The notes beneath the pieces are model-generated. The model ran no database searches. It was not told where the DNA came from and saw nothing but the letters and a program-made list of their open reading frames with translations. From Caedibacter taeniospiralis (GTDB lineage Bacteria > Pseudomonadota > Gammaproteobacteria > Francisellales > Francisellaceae), in NCBI RefSeq assembly GCF_002803295.2, contig NZ_PGGB02000004.1, positions 8,841-40,840 on the forward strand: 32,000 nucleotides of DNA, read 5' to 3'. Positions 1 to 7,781 of the stretch are shown here, one piece after another; the first letter of the stretch is position 1; each line of letters begins with the position of its first letter. The position numbers and the translations under genes are program-made.

Positions 1-138
1 CTTGGTCTTGCCATTGTCAAAGAGATTCTTGTACACAATCAAGCTAAATTAGTGATTTTCAACAATAACCCACCACCTGGGTTAAGCGTCAAAATCTCAT
101 TTAGTCATGTTATTTTGGTACAATCAATGGAAACATAA
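1..138 (+). CDS. C-terminal fragment of a sensor histidine kinase (HATPase_c G2 region)
   Basis: Frame +1 is open from base 1 and reads LGLAIVKEILVHNQAKLVIFNNNPPPGLSVKISFSHVILVQSMET*. 'GLAIVKEI' followed by a glycine-containing beta-strand end is typical of the kinase ATPase C-terminus. It is not in the supplied ORF track. Confidence 0.7.
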   Translation, partial: LGLAIVKEILVHNQAKLVIFNNNPPPGLSVKISFSHVILVQSMET

Positions 139-159
139 TCTGGAATGCGCCTGTAAATC

Positions 160-310
160 ATCAACTTGCCCCACCTCTCCCCCTTGCGGGAAGCTCGGAA
201 GGCGTAGCACTGGAAGCGCAATATATTTTGGATCTTAGGGGCTACACTTCTCCCTTTTGATGGGAGAAGTCGCCAAAGCGTATGCTTTGGCGGATGAGGG
301 TGGCTTTATA
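160..310. repeat. Intergenic repeat-like element with two adjacent perfect hairpins
   Basis: CTTCTCCC(247-254)/GGGAGAAG(262-269), and CGCCAAAGC(271-279)-GTAT-GCTTTGGCG(284-292). Non-coding surroundings with CTCTCCCCC/GGGAG-rich sequence. Confidence 0.4.
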
Positions 311-486
311 AGTGCATTTCACCCATCACTCGTAAGGCTACTATCCCCGCACCTTCCTTGTGATCAAGTTCAGTCTTAATCTGTTCGGATAACTTGGATT
401 TGTAAGATACGATTTTTAATATTCATCTGATTTAATTTCTCTTTACCCAGTGGATTTAAGACCGTACCCGTCCACCTACGCCACTG

Positions 487-2109
487 TTATCCTATTAGTT
501 TCCCATTTTTTGTGTAGCTGGCAATAGCTGTAAAGCCTGGACAAAAACCGTCTGTTGAAAGTATTTCTTTATCAAAATCAGTTACAGTTTTCAGTATCTT
601 TATATTTAATGGTATTAAACGCTCCTGCGAATAATCGTCATATTGGGTGCAAGATCCGATTTTATTTAATTCAGAATTATTAATTTCAATGTCATCTGAG
701 TAAAGGAAAAAACCTAAATCTCTTGGGTAAAAATTCCAATTCTTTCCATGTAATAATAAGCCCTCTTTTGCTGTTACATTATTGAAATATAGCTTAAGTT
801 TGGCTGTCTTATCAGTAAAAATTGTGTCCCTTAAAATAAACACGAAGTTATCTCCTTCTTTATCGGCATCTATCACAACGTGATTAAAATAAATTGGTTT
901 TGGGGTTAGGTTTTCTGTCTTAACCCTAACCAAGCCGCGACCATAATCAGCTTTTTCAGCTACTAAAACTTTTAGGTTTTCAAAGCTATTCGCCTCTCCA
1001 ATCATCAAATATCCATTAGGATAAAAGTGTAATATCGCTTGATTTTCACCTTGCATAACTAAACCAGCAGGGATCGTTACTTCACTTGTGATTCGATACT
1101 CAATTGGAGCAAGCTTAATCACAACAGGATGATCCGCATCCAGCTTGGGCGAAATATTTGGATCGTTTTGCGCAATAGCGATCAGATCCTGCAAACTTTG
1201 TCCTTTATGTCCATAAATCACACGATCTTGAATGGTAAATCCTTGTTTTGCCACCGTATCAACACGAGCTGAAAGATCTTTGACCTTGGTGTCATATTTT
1301 TGATCAAGCTCATTCACAAATTGCATGGCTTTGTCTGCAGCAGTACTTGCCTTATCTGCGGTGGTACTGGCTTTATCAGAAGCATTCCTGGCATCTTTTG
1401 CATTGCTTTCAGCGGTACTCAGTCTTTGATCAAACTGATCTACCTTATCAGCAGAAGCTTTAGCGCTATCCGCTGTTTGTTTGGCAGTATTTGCGGTCTC
1501 GGTGGCAGTAGTTGCAGCTTCGCTTGCTTTATCAGCGGCGGCTTTAGCCGCATCTGCGGTAGCTTTAATACCATCTGCCGTTTGTTTAGCCGTATCAGCT
1601 ATTTGTTTTGCTTCGGTTGCCTTGCTCTCAGCAGCACTGACTCGGCTATCATAGCTATCTACCTTGGTGGAAGCCGTTTGTGCGGTTTGTGTGGCACCTT
1701 TAGCTTGCTCGTTGGCAGAGGACGCAATTTGTTTGGCAGAAGTAGCATCGCTTTCTGCATTAATAAGACGCGTATCAAAGCTTGCGACCTTTGTTGCTGC
1801 TTGCTGTGCGATGGTATTCGCATCATTAGCTGTTGTTATGGCAGTGTCGGCTTTATTGCTGGCTGTTTTTGCTGCCGTTTCCGCATTGTTAGCATGAGCT
1901 TCGGCATTGCTGGCATGGGTTTCTGCTTGAACAGTCTGAGCAGAAATCTCATCAATCGAATCTTCAATCGAATCTGCCCAGCCATAATTAAGTGCATCAA
2001 TTAAGCTCTTAAGTGTTGGCAGATGTGTAGGATCAAGATAGGGAAGCTTAGCATTCCCCATAGAGGTCATTGCTAGAGCAATACCCCCGATAATAAGTTT
2101 TGTTTTCAT
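487..2109 (-). CDS. Secreted/surface protein: signal peptide, long Ala-rich coiled-coil stalk, C-terminal beta-helix-like domain
   Basis: N-terminus MKTKLIIGGIALAMTSMGNA looks like a Sec signal. Residues about 55-260 are A/K/T/D-rich heptad-like repeats (AADKASEAATTATETANTAKQTADSAKAS...). The C-terminal part (VTIPAGLVMQGENQAILHF..., FNHVVIDADKEGDN...) resembles right-handed beta-helix sequence. SD-like AGGAG upstream of ATG. Confidence 0.7.
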   Translation of the reverse strand: MKTKLIIGGIALAMTSMGNAKLPYLDPTHLPTLKSLIDALNYGWADSIEDSIDEISAQTVQAETHASNAEAHANNAETAAKTASNKADTAITTANDANTIAQQAATKVASFDTRLINAESDATSAKQIASSANEQAKGATQTAQTASTKVDSYDSRVSAAESKATEAKQIADTAKQTADGIKATADAAKAAADKASEAATTATETANTAKQTADSAKASADKVDQFDQRLSTAESNAKDARNASDKASTTADKASTAADKAMQFVNELDQKYDTKVKDLSARVDTVAKQGFTIQDRVIYGHKGQSLQDLIAIAQNDPNISPKLDADHPVVIKLAPIEYRITSEVTIPAGLVMQGENQAILHFYPNGYLMIGEANSFENLKVLVAEKADYGRGLVRVKTENLTPKPIYFNHVVIDADKEGDNFVFILRDTIFTDKTAKLKLYFNNVTAKEGLLLHGKNWNFYPRDLGFFLYSDDIEINNSELNKIGSCTQYDDYSQERLIPLNIKILKTVTDFDKEILSTDGFCPGFTAIASYTKNGKLIG

Positions 2110-2136
2110 TATTTCTCCTGTCGTTACTAATTTTTA

Positions 2137-2209
2137 ATTCAACATTCAACATTCAACATTCAACATTCAACATTCAACATTCAACATTCAACATTCAACA
2201 TTCAACATT
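2137..2209. repeat. 7-bp tandem repeat, (ATTCAAC)x10 plus ATT
   Basis: Counted directly: ten perfect consecutive ATTCAAC units, 2137-2206, followed by ATT. Confidence 0.97.
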
Positions 2210-3005
2210 AAAAATGATAACCAAGACTGAAGGACAGATTGAGCATATTGGGCACATAACTGCTGCCGTAATAAGGCGCATAAGTATTTTTTCCAAGACC
2301 AAAAATATATTGTGCCTCCAGCGCAAGACTTAGGGAGTATGGCAGTAAATATTGATAACCCAATGAAATAAATGGGCGGATATTGGTTTTATTCATTCCT
2401 TTTAATGCTGGATTGTGATAGGCGGGGATAGTGGTTGTAGGACTGAACTTGGAAAAAACAATGGCAGGTCCCGTGGATAACAAAATTTCACTATCGATAC
2501 TGGCGATAGGAAAGTGCGCGGTCATTGATGGATTAATGCCAGAAAAAGCCATTTTAATTTCTCCATTGGAGAATATTGAGCCACCATTATCAAGATTAAA
2601 TGAAGCTGTTGCGCTACTTGCATACCAATAGCGCACGCCAAAAGATAAATATTGCCATGGGCGAATACCAAACTCGGCAGCAAAGTAAGGAGAATAGCGT
2701 TTAGCGGGTTGGTAAACATCAGATGTACCCGCTCCAGGCAGCTCAACCGTTTGTTTTGACTGCGGAAAGCTTTTGTACGAAGCGCCACCGTAGACGCCAA
2801 CATAAAACCAATCCTGGGCAGCCAGTGTTGTTCTTCGATCATCCTGAGCCAGAGTGATACGAATAGCAGTATCCAAATCGCTTGATCTTGCCGATGCTGG
2901 ATTGCCTGCTGATTCCGAAATAATATCCGAATTTGCGTAAACAGTTCCATTTGTAACACTTAAAATGGGTAATAGTATCAAGTGAAGTTTTCTCATCATT
3001 AGCAC
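2208..3005 (-). CDS. Outer-membrane beta-barrel protein, OmpA/OmpW-like size class
   Basis: N-terminal signal peptide (MMRKLHLILLPILSVTNGTVYA), alternating hydrophobic strands, and C-terminal 'NMLNLSFSLGYHF' ending in an aromatic residue, as in OMP barrels. Confidence 0.7.
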   Translation of the reverse strand: MLMMRKLHLILLPILSVTNGTVYANSDIISESAGNPASARSSDLDTAIRITLAQDDRRTTLAAQDWFYVGVYGGASYKSFPQSKQTVELPGAGTSDVYQPAKRYSPYFAAEFGIRPWQYLSFGVRYWYASSATASFNLDNGGSIFSNGEIKMAFSGINPSMTAHFPIASIDSEILLSTGPAIVFSKFSPTTTIPAYHNPALKGMNKTNIRPFISLGYQYLLPYSLSLALEAQYIFGLGKNTYAPYYGSSYVPNMLNLSFSLGYHF

Positions 3006-3181
3006 CTTAGTTGCTTAAAACATGGGGGATGATAAAAATAAATCAAAGGGTGCGCGACATTAATTCAAAAAGATGGACAAAATGATGACTTTTGAGTGAA
3101 AAGATGCTTTTTACTGAAAATTTCCCTTCCTGCTAATCAAAAGAAAAAGAGTGGCTATTAAGGCAAAAATCAGTATAATTC

Positions 3182-4018
3182 GTGCTAAAAATGACTTCAA
3201 TACACTCTAACTCAATGCCTGCAATTAAAGATGTACATAGATGGAGTTTCCCGAAGCATAAGAATGCGCTCAAGAGACTAATTAAACCAATGACTGATAA
3301 ATTATGTGCAACTGGATTATCTTATACTCGGTTATTTGAAAATGGGCAGGTGATTGATTTACCCGTATTGGAGTGTGAGCTACATGGAGTATGGTTGGAA
3401 GGAAATCCCAACCAAGACCCTGCGTTTCTTTTAAACAATGTAACAAAAATTCCAAAAATGATGTGGTATCACGAATTAGGCTCTTTTTTGTGCACAGAAG
3501 ATCAATCTCACTACGCCTTTATTGAAAATATGCGTCCATTTGACCCTTGCCTGTCGTACATTAAATATAACAAGGATAATTCGATTAGTCGCCTTTCCGT
3601 AATTACTTCATGCCCAATACTTGGATTTTTCAGTGATAAACATCATGTGCTGGATCAATGTATAACTTCGATTGAGTCTTATTTATTTGATCCTAAGACA
3701 AGATTTGCTCAAGATTTCGACATTTCTAATGACATTACCCCTATTGTTTTTAAGGGTGTTAAAGATAGTGTTATCCTTGATGTTTTATCTCAGTTTACAA
3801 CTCAGGAACTGGCTTGTTTCAAATTAATTTACACAGGGCATTATGAGTCAAAAGAAATTGCATCGAAACTTCAAAAATCGCCAAGAACAATCGAAGGGAT
3901 TATTGCACGACTTTTACATAAGCTAAATTGTAATAATAAGTATGAGCTGGCAGTAAAGATCAGCAAAATGCACGATGTAATGCGATTCGTGCTTGTAAGG
4001 GTAAGTGCTACCACATGA
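3182..4018 (+). CDS. LuxR-type HTH transcriptional regulator
   Basis: C-terminal LuxR-like HTH: LTTQELACFKLIYTGHYESKEIASKLQKSPRTIEGIIARLLHKLNCNNKYELAVKI (first residues approximate, QFTTQELACF in the track). Confidence 0.8.
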   Translation: MLKMTSIHSNSMPAIKDVHRWSFPKHKNALKRLIKPMTDKLCATGLSYTRLFENGQVIDLPVLECELHGVWLEGNPNQDPAFLLNNVTKIPKMMWYHELGSFLCTEDQSHYAFIENMRPFDPCLSYIKYNKDNSISRLSVITSCPILGFFSDKHHVLDQCITSIESYLFDPKTRFAQDFDISNDITPIVFKGVKDSVILDVLSQFTTQELACFKLIYTGHYESKEIASKLQKSPRTIEGIIARLLHKLNCNNKYELAVKISKMHDVMRFVLVRVSATT

Positions 4019-4062
4019 CAATAGTTAAGTCAATACGTAACATTACGCTATTTTAAAGGCAA

Positions 4063-4920
4063 ATGAGCAGGTACAATATTGATCAGTTTGTAGCAATTAA
4101 ATACGGCAAACAACTCATGGAGGTTATGAATACAATGAATGGTTCAATACAAACCCGTCCTTTAGCGGATATATATAAACAGCAATGGAAAAAATATGAA
4201 CACATCTTAACCAGGATAACTAAATCGCTTGATTTTCCTTTCCAAATTGAAGGTCTGGCTTATACCGAAACCTTTAAGTCGGGGATAGCAATTAGTATCC
4301 CGTTAAAATATTGCGACGCTTTTTCTGTCTGGACGCAGTCTGAGAGAGCTTACATATCCTCTTTTTCCGCCATAGCTAAGCGTCCCAAAGTGGTAACGCT
4401 GGACGAACTTCACGCCTACGCCAAAGACAAGCTCCCATACCACTTATCCCTCATCACGCAAGATCAGCTTATGCTATTGCCTATTCAGTACAACCACAAT
4501 TCAAAGGGCTCGATTGCAAACTTATGTATATTTGTCAAAAAAAGTGAGTATTTTCATGCTTATGTCCGATATGCACATCTGGATGTGACCAGTTTAACCC
4601 AGCATGTAAGGCAATTGCTTCATCAGGAATATCAAAATGTGATTACTGAGTTTCTGGTAGATACCGCACCAGATTACAATGATTTAAAAGAGATTTCAGC
4701 GATAAACACGGTGGAATTGACTGCAGCAGAAAAATCATTTTTGCACGCCATCTACGACGGGAGCTATGAAACAAAGCAAATTGCAGAACGCCTAAACAAG
4801 TCAGTTAGAACGATTGAAGGAGTAATGGGGCGAGTCGTAGATAAACTTGAATGTAAAAATAGATATGATCTTTTTGTAAAAGTTAAAAACAATCATTCAT
4901 TTTTAAGTTGTATTATTTAG
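4063..4920 (+). CDS. LuxR-type HTH transcriptional regulator (paralogue)
   Basis: C-terminal HTH: LTAAEKSFLHAIYDGSYETKQIAERLNKSVRTIEGVMGRVVDKLECKNRYDLFVKV. Confidence 0.8.
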   Translation: MSRYNIDQFVAIKYGKQLMEVMNTMNGSIQTRPLADIYKQQWKKYEHILTRITKSLDFPFQIEGLAYTETFKSGIAISIPLKYCDAFSVWTQSERAYISSFSAIAKRPKVVTLDELHAYAKDKLPYHLSLITQDQLMLLPIQYNHNSKGSIANLCIFVKKSEYFHAYVRYAHLDVTSLTQHVRQLLHQEYQNVITEFLVDTAPDYNDLKEISAINTVELTAAEKSFLHAIYDGSYETKQIAERLNKSVRTIEGVMGRVVDKLECKNRYDLFVKVKNNHSFLSCII

Positions 4921-5769
4921 ATGTCTTGGGGTATGGAGCTGCCTTCAATGAATACAGTTCAAACAATTTATACGCATTCGTATAGGAAATATGAGCGAAA
5001 ATTCAATACAATACTTAAAAATGCAGCATTCAACTTCAAAATTGAAGCAATGGCGTATCAGCGTTGTTATGCAGATGAGAAAGTGTTATCAGTACCGCTA
5101 TTGGCAGACGATAGTTTAGATGGATACTATAACTCACCTAATGCAGACAAAGCGATTTTCCTTGATTTCAGAAATTTGCTGCTATCCCCTACCATTAATA
5201 GCATGTGTTATAAAAATGCGGTGTATCAACTTTATAACCAGTCCTTTTGTTTCGATCACATTATTTCTAATGAATCACGATCAGCTTTACCATGGCATTT
5301 GCATTATCACAACGATCATTCAATTAGCTTTCTTTGTGTTTTTGTCAACAAAACGGATGCTATTCTTGCTAACAAAGTATTTTATAGCGGATATTTTAAT
5401 CGATTACATCAGGCGATTGAGCAGTCGGTTTTAGCAAATACACGGGAATTTGATTTAAATGATTTTATTTTCAATAACTCAAGTCCAACCGTACCATTGC
5501 TGTTGGAGTCTGTCCCCAAAGCACAATTCGCTGAGCTCAGCTATGCTGAGAATCTTTGTTTTTTAGCTATTTATCAAGGTCATTATGAAGTGAAAGAAAT
5601 AGCAGGATATGTTAATCGCTCGCCAAGAACAATTGAGGGGCACATCGCTTCAATGATCCAAAAGTTAAAAGTCAATAACCGTTATGAGCTTTTTATCAAA
5701 TTAGCTCAAGCACACGAGCATATGCGTTATTTAGCGCACTGGTTTTGGATAAAGAACTCCAGCAAATAA
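4921..5769 (+). CDS. LuxR-type HTH transcriptional regulator (paralogue)
   Basis: C-terminal HTH: LSYAENLCFLAIYQGHYEVKEIAGYVNRSPRTIEGHIASMIQKLKVNNRYELFIKLA. The start may be an internal ATG (MNTVQT...) preceded by GGAG. Confidence 0.8.
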   Translation: MSWGMELPSMNTVQTIYTHSYRKYERKFNTILKNAAFNFKIEAMAYQRCYADEKVLSVPLLADDSLDGYYNSPNADKAIFLDFRNLLLSPTINSMCYKNAVYQLYNQSFCFDHIISNESRSALPWHLHYHNDHSISFLCVFVNKTDAILANKVFYSGYFNRLHQAIEQSVLANTREFDLNDFIFNNSSPTVPLLLESVPKAQFAELSYAENLCFLAIYQGHYEVKEIAGYVNRSPRTIEGHIASMIQKLKVNNRYELFIKLAQAHEHMRYLAHWFWIKNSSK

Positions 5770-5841
5770 TCAGTGTCACACTCGCACGTAGTGATAGGCT
5801 GAAATGTAGTCACAGCCACGATTCTTTTGTCTTTGTACTTT

Positions 5842-6450
5842 TCATCTGAACCATTGATCTGCCAGATTAAAGCTTCTCAAGAACTCAAAACTCGGCAGCC
5901 AGCGCAGATGTGATAGGAGTGAGTGGTTGTCGTCATACGGCTTAAGTAATAGCGCCAGTTGGTCTTTGAAACTGGTTTTAAAGCCAACGATTTCATCCAG
6001 TAGTTGAGAACGCTCGGCTAACTCTGAAATGGCTTCCTGAATAGCAAAAATATCTTGTTTTTGCTTAATCATTTTTTGCCAATGATGATAATGTTGATGA
6101 AGCCTTTGCTGAGACTCCGTTGGTAAATAAATAATATATTGTTCTGCTTGTGTGAGCTGAAAGTTAAAGTCCAGATGTTGCACATAAGTGCAAAAATCGC
6201 ATGCAAGAACCATGTTTTTCAGGGCATTGTTGGTGTAATCATGATTAAGATTAATGATATGCAACGGGGTATTTTCATGCTGGCAAAAGTGACAACATGT
6301 TTGCTGTTCAAACATTTTTTGAAAACACTCACGATATTTCGGTGCACGCGTACGCTCTAAAAACAAGCGGCTATTATTGGGGATGGCTAAGATCTTTAGT
6401 GACATGTTAGGATTGATCATCATGTAATGACTCGTGAAGTTGATATTCAT
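5842..6450 (-). CDS. dotN: Dot/Icm T4SS coupling-complex protein DotN/IcmJ (zinc-finger, HNH-like)
   Basis: CCHFC...LNHDYTNNALKNMVLACDFC, the double CxxC zinc-binding arrangement with the 'NLDHxYxNNxxxNMVxAC' pattern of IcmJ. Adjacent to dotM. Confidence 0.85.
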   Translation of the reverse strand: MNINFTSHYMMINPNMSLKILAIPNNSRLFLERTRAPKYRECFQKMFEQQTCCHFCQHENTPLHIINLNHDYTNNALKNMVLACDFCTYVQHLDFNFQLTQAEQYIIYLPTESQQRLHQHYHHWQKMIKQKQDIFAIQEAISELAERSQLLDEIVGFKTSFKDQLALLLKPYDDNHSLLSHLRWLPSFEFLRSFNLADQWFR

Positions 6451-7492
6451 GCTGTAGCGCAGTTATAACATTATCAATCATGGCAGAAGAAAAAGACGCA
6501 TTCAGGCTTTCTTCAAATTGCCAATGAGTAGTAATAGCGGCACCTTCGACAAAAAAGGTTTTTCTGCCGACATTGTTAAGTGCATACCATAAAGTACGAT
6601 TAACAGTTTTAAGCCATAAAAATGAGGAAGAAGGAACTATTCCCCCTTTTCTTGCCGTACTTAATAAGGCACACAACAGTGTTGAGGTATAGTGATGTTT
6701 GCTCATAATTGTCTGGATTTCTGCATGAGCAATACATTCGCTTAAGTGTTTATTTAAAAAATGATTCAGCTTTTGTGTAGTAAAAAACTTTTTCACTCCA
6801 TTGGTGTTACCATGACCAAACTCACTATTCAAATAGGTCAAAAGTTTATCTGCTTGCTTACGCTTGTCTAAAATACACAAGGGAAACACAGTAGCCAACC
6901 CATAAATTTCTACATCTTCTTTGGTTAATCCATTCAAAGCTCTGCCAAGCTGTTGAGTCAGATTCTCATAAAGAAGATTAAGATCAAGCTTGCCATTAGC
7001 GATTAAATGATGGTGTTGCAAATACTCAACAGGTGTTAATGCGGTCTCAAGTTTTACTTTGGACTGAGTTTGGCTGCTATTTGGCGTATAAACTTTGGTA
7101 AAATGGTGTGCAATAAATTGGGATAGACTCTGCATTGAAAAGGTTTTTCGGTATTTGCGATCAGGATGGAAGAAAAAAAGCACCAAAATAAAAACAACCC
7201 CAAGCACCCAGAATGAAGTTGTCAATGCTTCACTGGTATTGTATCCAAGATACTTGAGTTGCTTCAGTGTTACCGTTGAATCCAGGACATGGTTGCACCA
7301 ATTCATTAGCATGCTGTAGTGACCATCCCATAGCATAATAATGGACAGCTCAAAACGCTTTATCATAAATATTGCTCTAATGAATTGGTTGTGAAATAGC
7401 CAGTAAAGCAAAAGTAATGTTAATAAAATAATGGCAACCATGTAGGTAGGTGCCATGCCATTATCATTACCAGTATTAGGTGAATTAGCCAT
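6407..7492 (-). CDS. dotM: Dot/Icm protein DotM/IcmP (TrbA-like)
   Basis: N-terminal TM segments, then a soluble domain (YLQHHHLIANGKLDLNLLYENLTQQLGRAL..., HYTSTLLCALLSTARKGGIVPSSSFLWLKTVNRTLWYALNNVGRKTFFVEGAAITTHW) matching the DotM pattern. ATG at 7492 with GGGGAG SD is preferred over the track start at 7537. Confidence 0.85.
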   Translation of the reverse strand: MANSPNTGNDNGMAPTYMVAIILLTLLLLYWLFHNQFIRAIFMIKRFELSIIMLWDGHYSMLMNWCNHVLDSTVTLKQLKYLGYNTSEALTTSFWVLGVVFILVLFFFHPDRKYRKTFSMQSLSQFIAHHFTKVYTPNSSQTQSKVKLETALTPVEYLQHHHLIANGKLDLNLLYENLTQQLGRALNGLTKEDVEIYGLATVFPLCILDKRKQADKLLTYLNSEFGHGNTNGVKKFFTTQKLNHFLNKHLSECIAHAEIQTIMSKHHYTSTLLCALLSTARKGGIVPSSSFLWLKTVNRTLWYALNNVGRKTFFVEGAAITTHWQFEESLNASFSSAMIDNVITALQHEYQLHESLHDDQS

Positions 7493-7781
7493 GGTTATTC
7501 TCCCCCAATATTCTGTCAACATCGACGACATTGTCATCTGCCAGATTCAGTAATGCGTCGTAGATAAATAAAATTTGCATGAGATCATATTGGTGATTAC
7601 TGCTGCTTTTTGTCAGTGAGCTATCAAAAACATAAAGATAATTTTTATCCGCATGGGCAATCAGTGTTTTAACCAGTAGATCAGTGAAGTTAAGCTGTGT
7701 GACATCTTTTTTTTGTTTATTCTCAATAAAGACGAGATCATGCTCATGGCATAAGTGTTTAATGATGCTGATTAATGTCAT
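7485..7781 (-). CDS. Small acidic protein coupled to dotL; weak IcmS-like candidate
   Basis: 98 aa, net acidic, ATGA overlap with the dotL stop. The C-terminal pattern (LMQILFIYDALLNL...VDVDRIL) loosely resembles IcmS. Confidence 0.4.
   Translation of the reverse strand: MTLISIIKHLCHEHDLVFIENKQKKDVTQLNFTDLLVKTLIAHADKNYLYVFDSSLTKSSSNHQYDLMQILFIYDALLNLADDNVVDVDRILGENNHG

Noticed and set aside
1300-2004. 234-aa plus-strand ORF (Cys/Gly/Ile-rich) inside the surface-protein gene
   Set aside because: It is antisense to the Ala-rich coiled-coil repeats. The high Cys/Ser content is the mirror of GCA/GCT codons, and the opposing ORF has a signal peptide, SD and domain structure.
2137-2209. Possible CRISPR array
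   Set aside because: Units are 7 bp, perfectly tandem and without spacers, so this is a simple sequence repeat.
2100-2333. Plus-strand ORF encoding repeated FNIQHST peptides
   Set aside because: It is a by-product of the 7-bp repeat (three units per 21 bp give a repeating 7-residue peptide) with no separate coding support.
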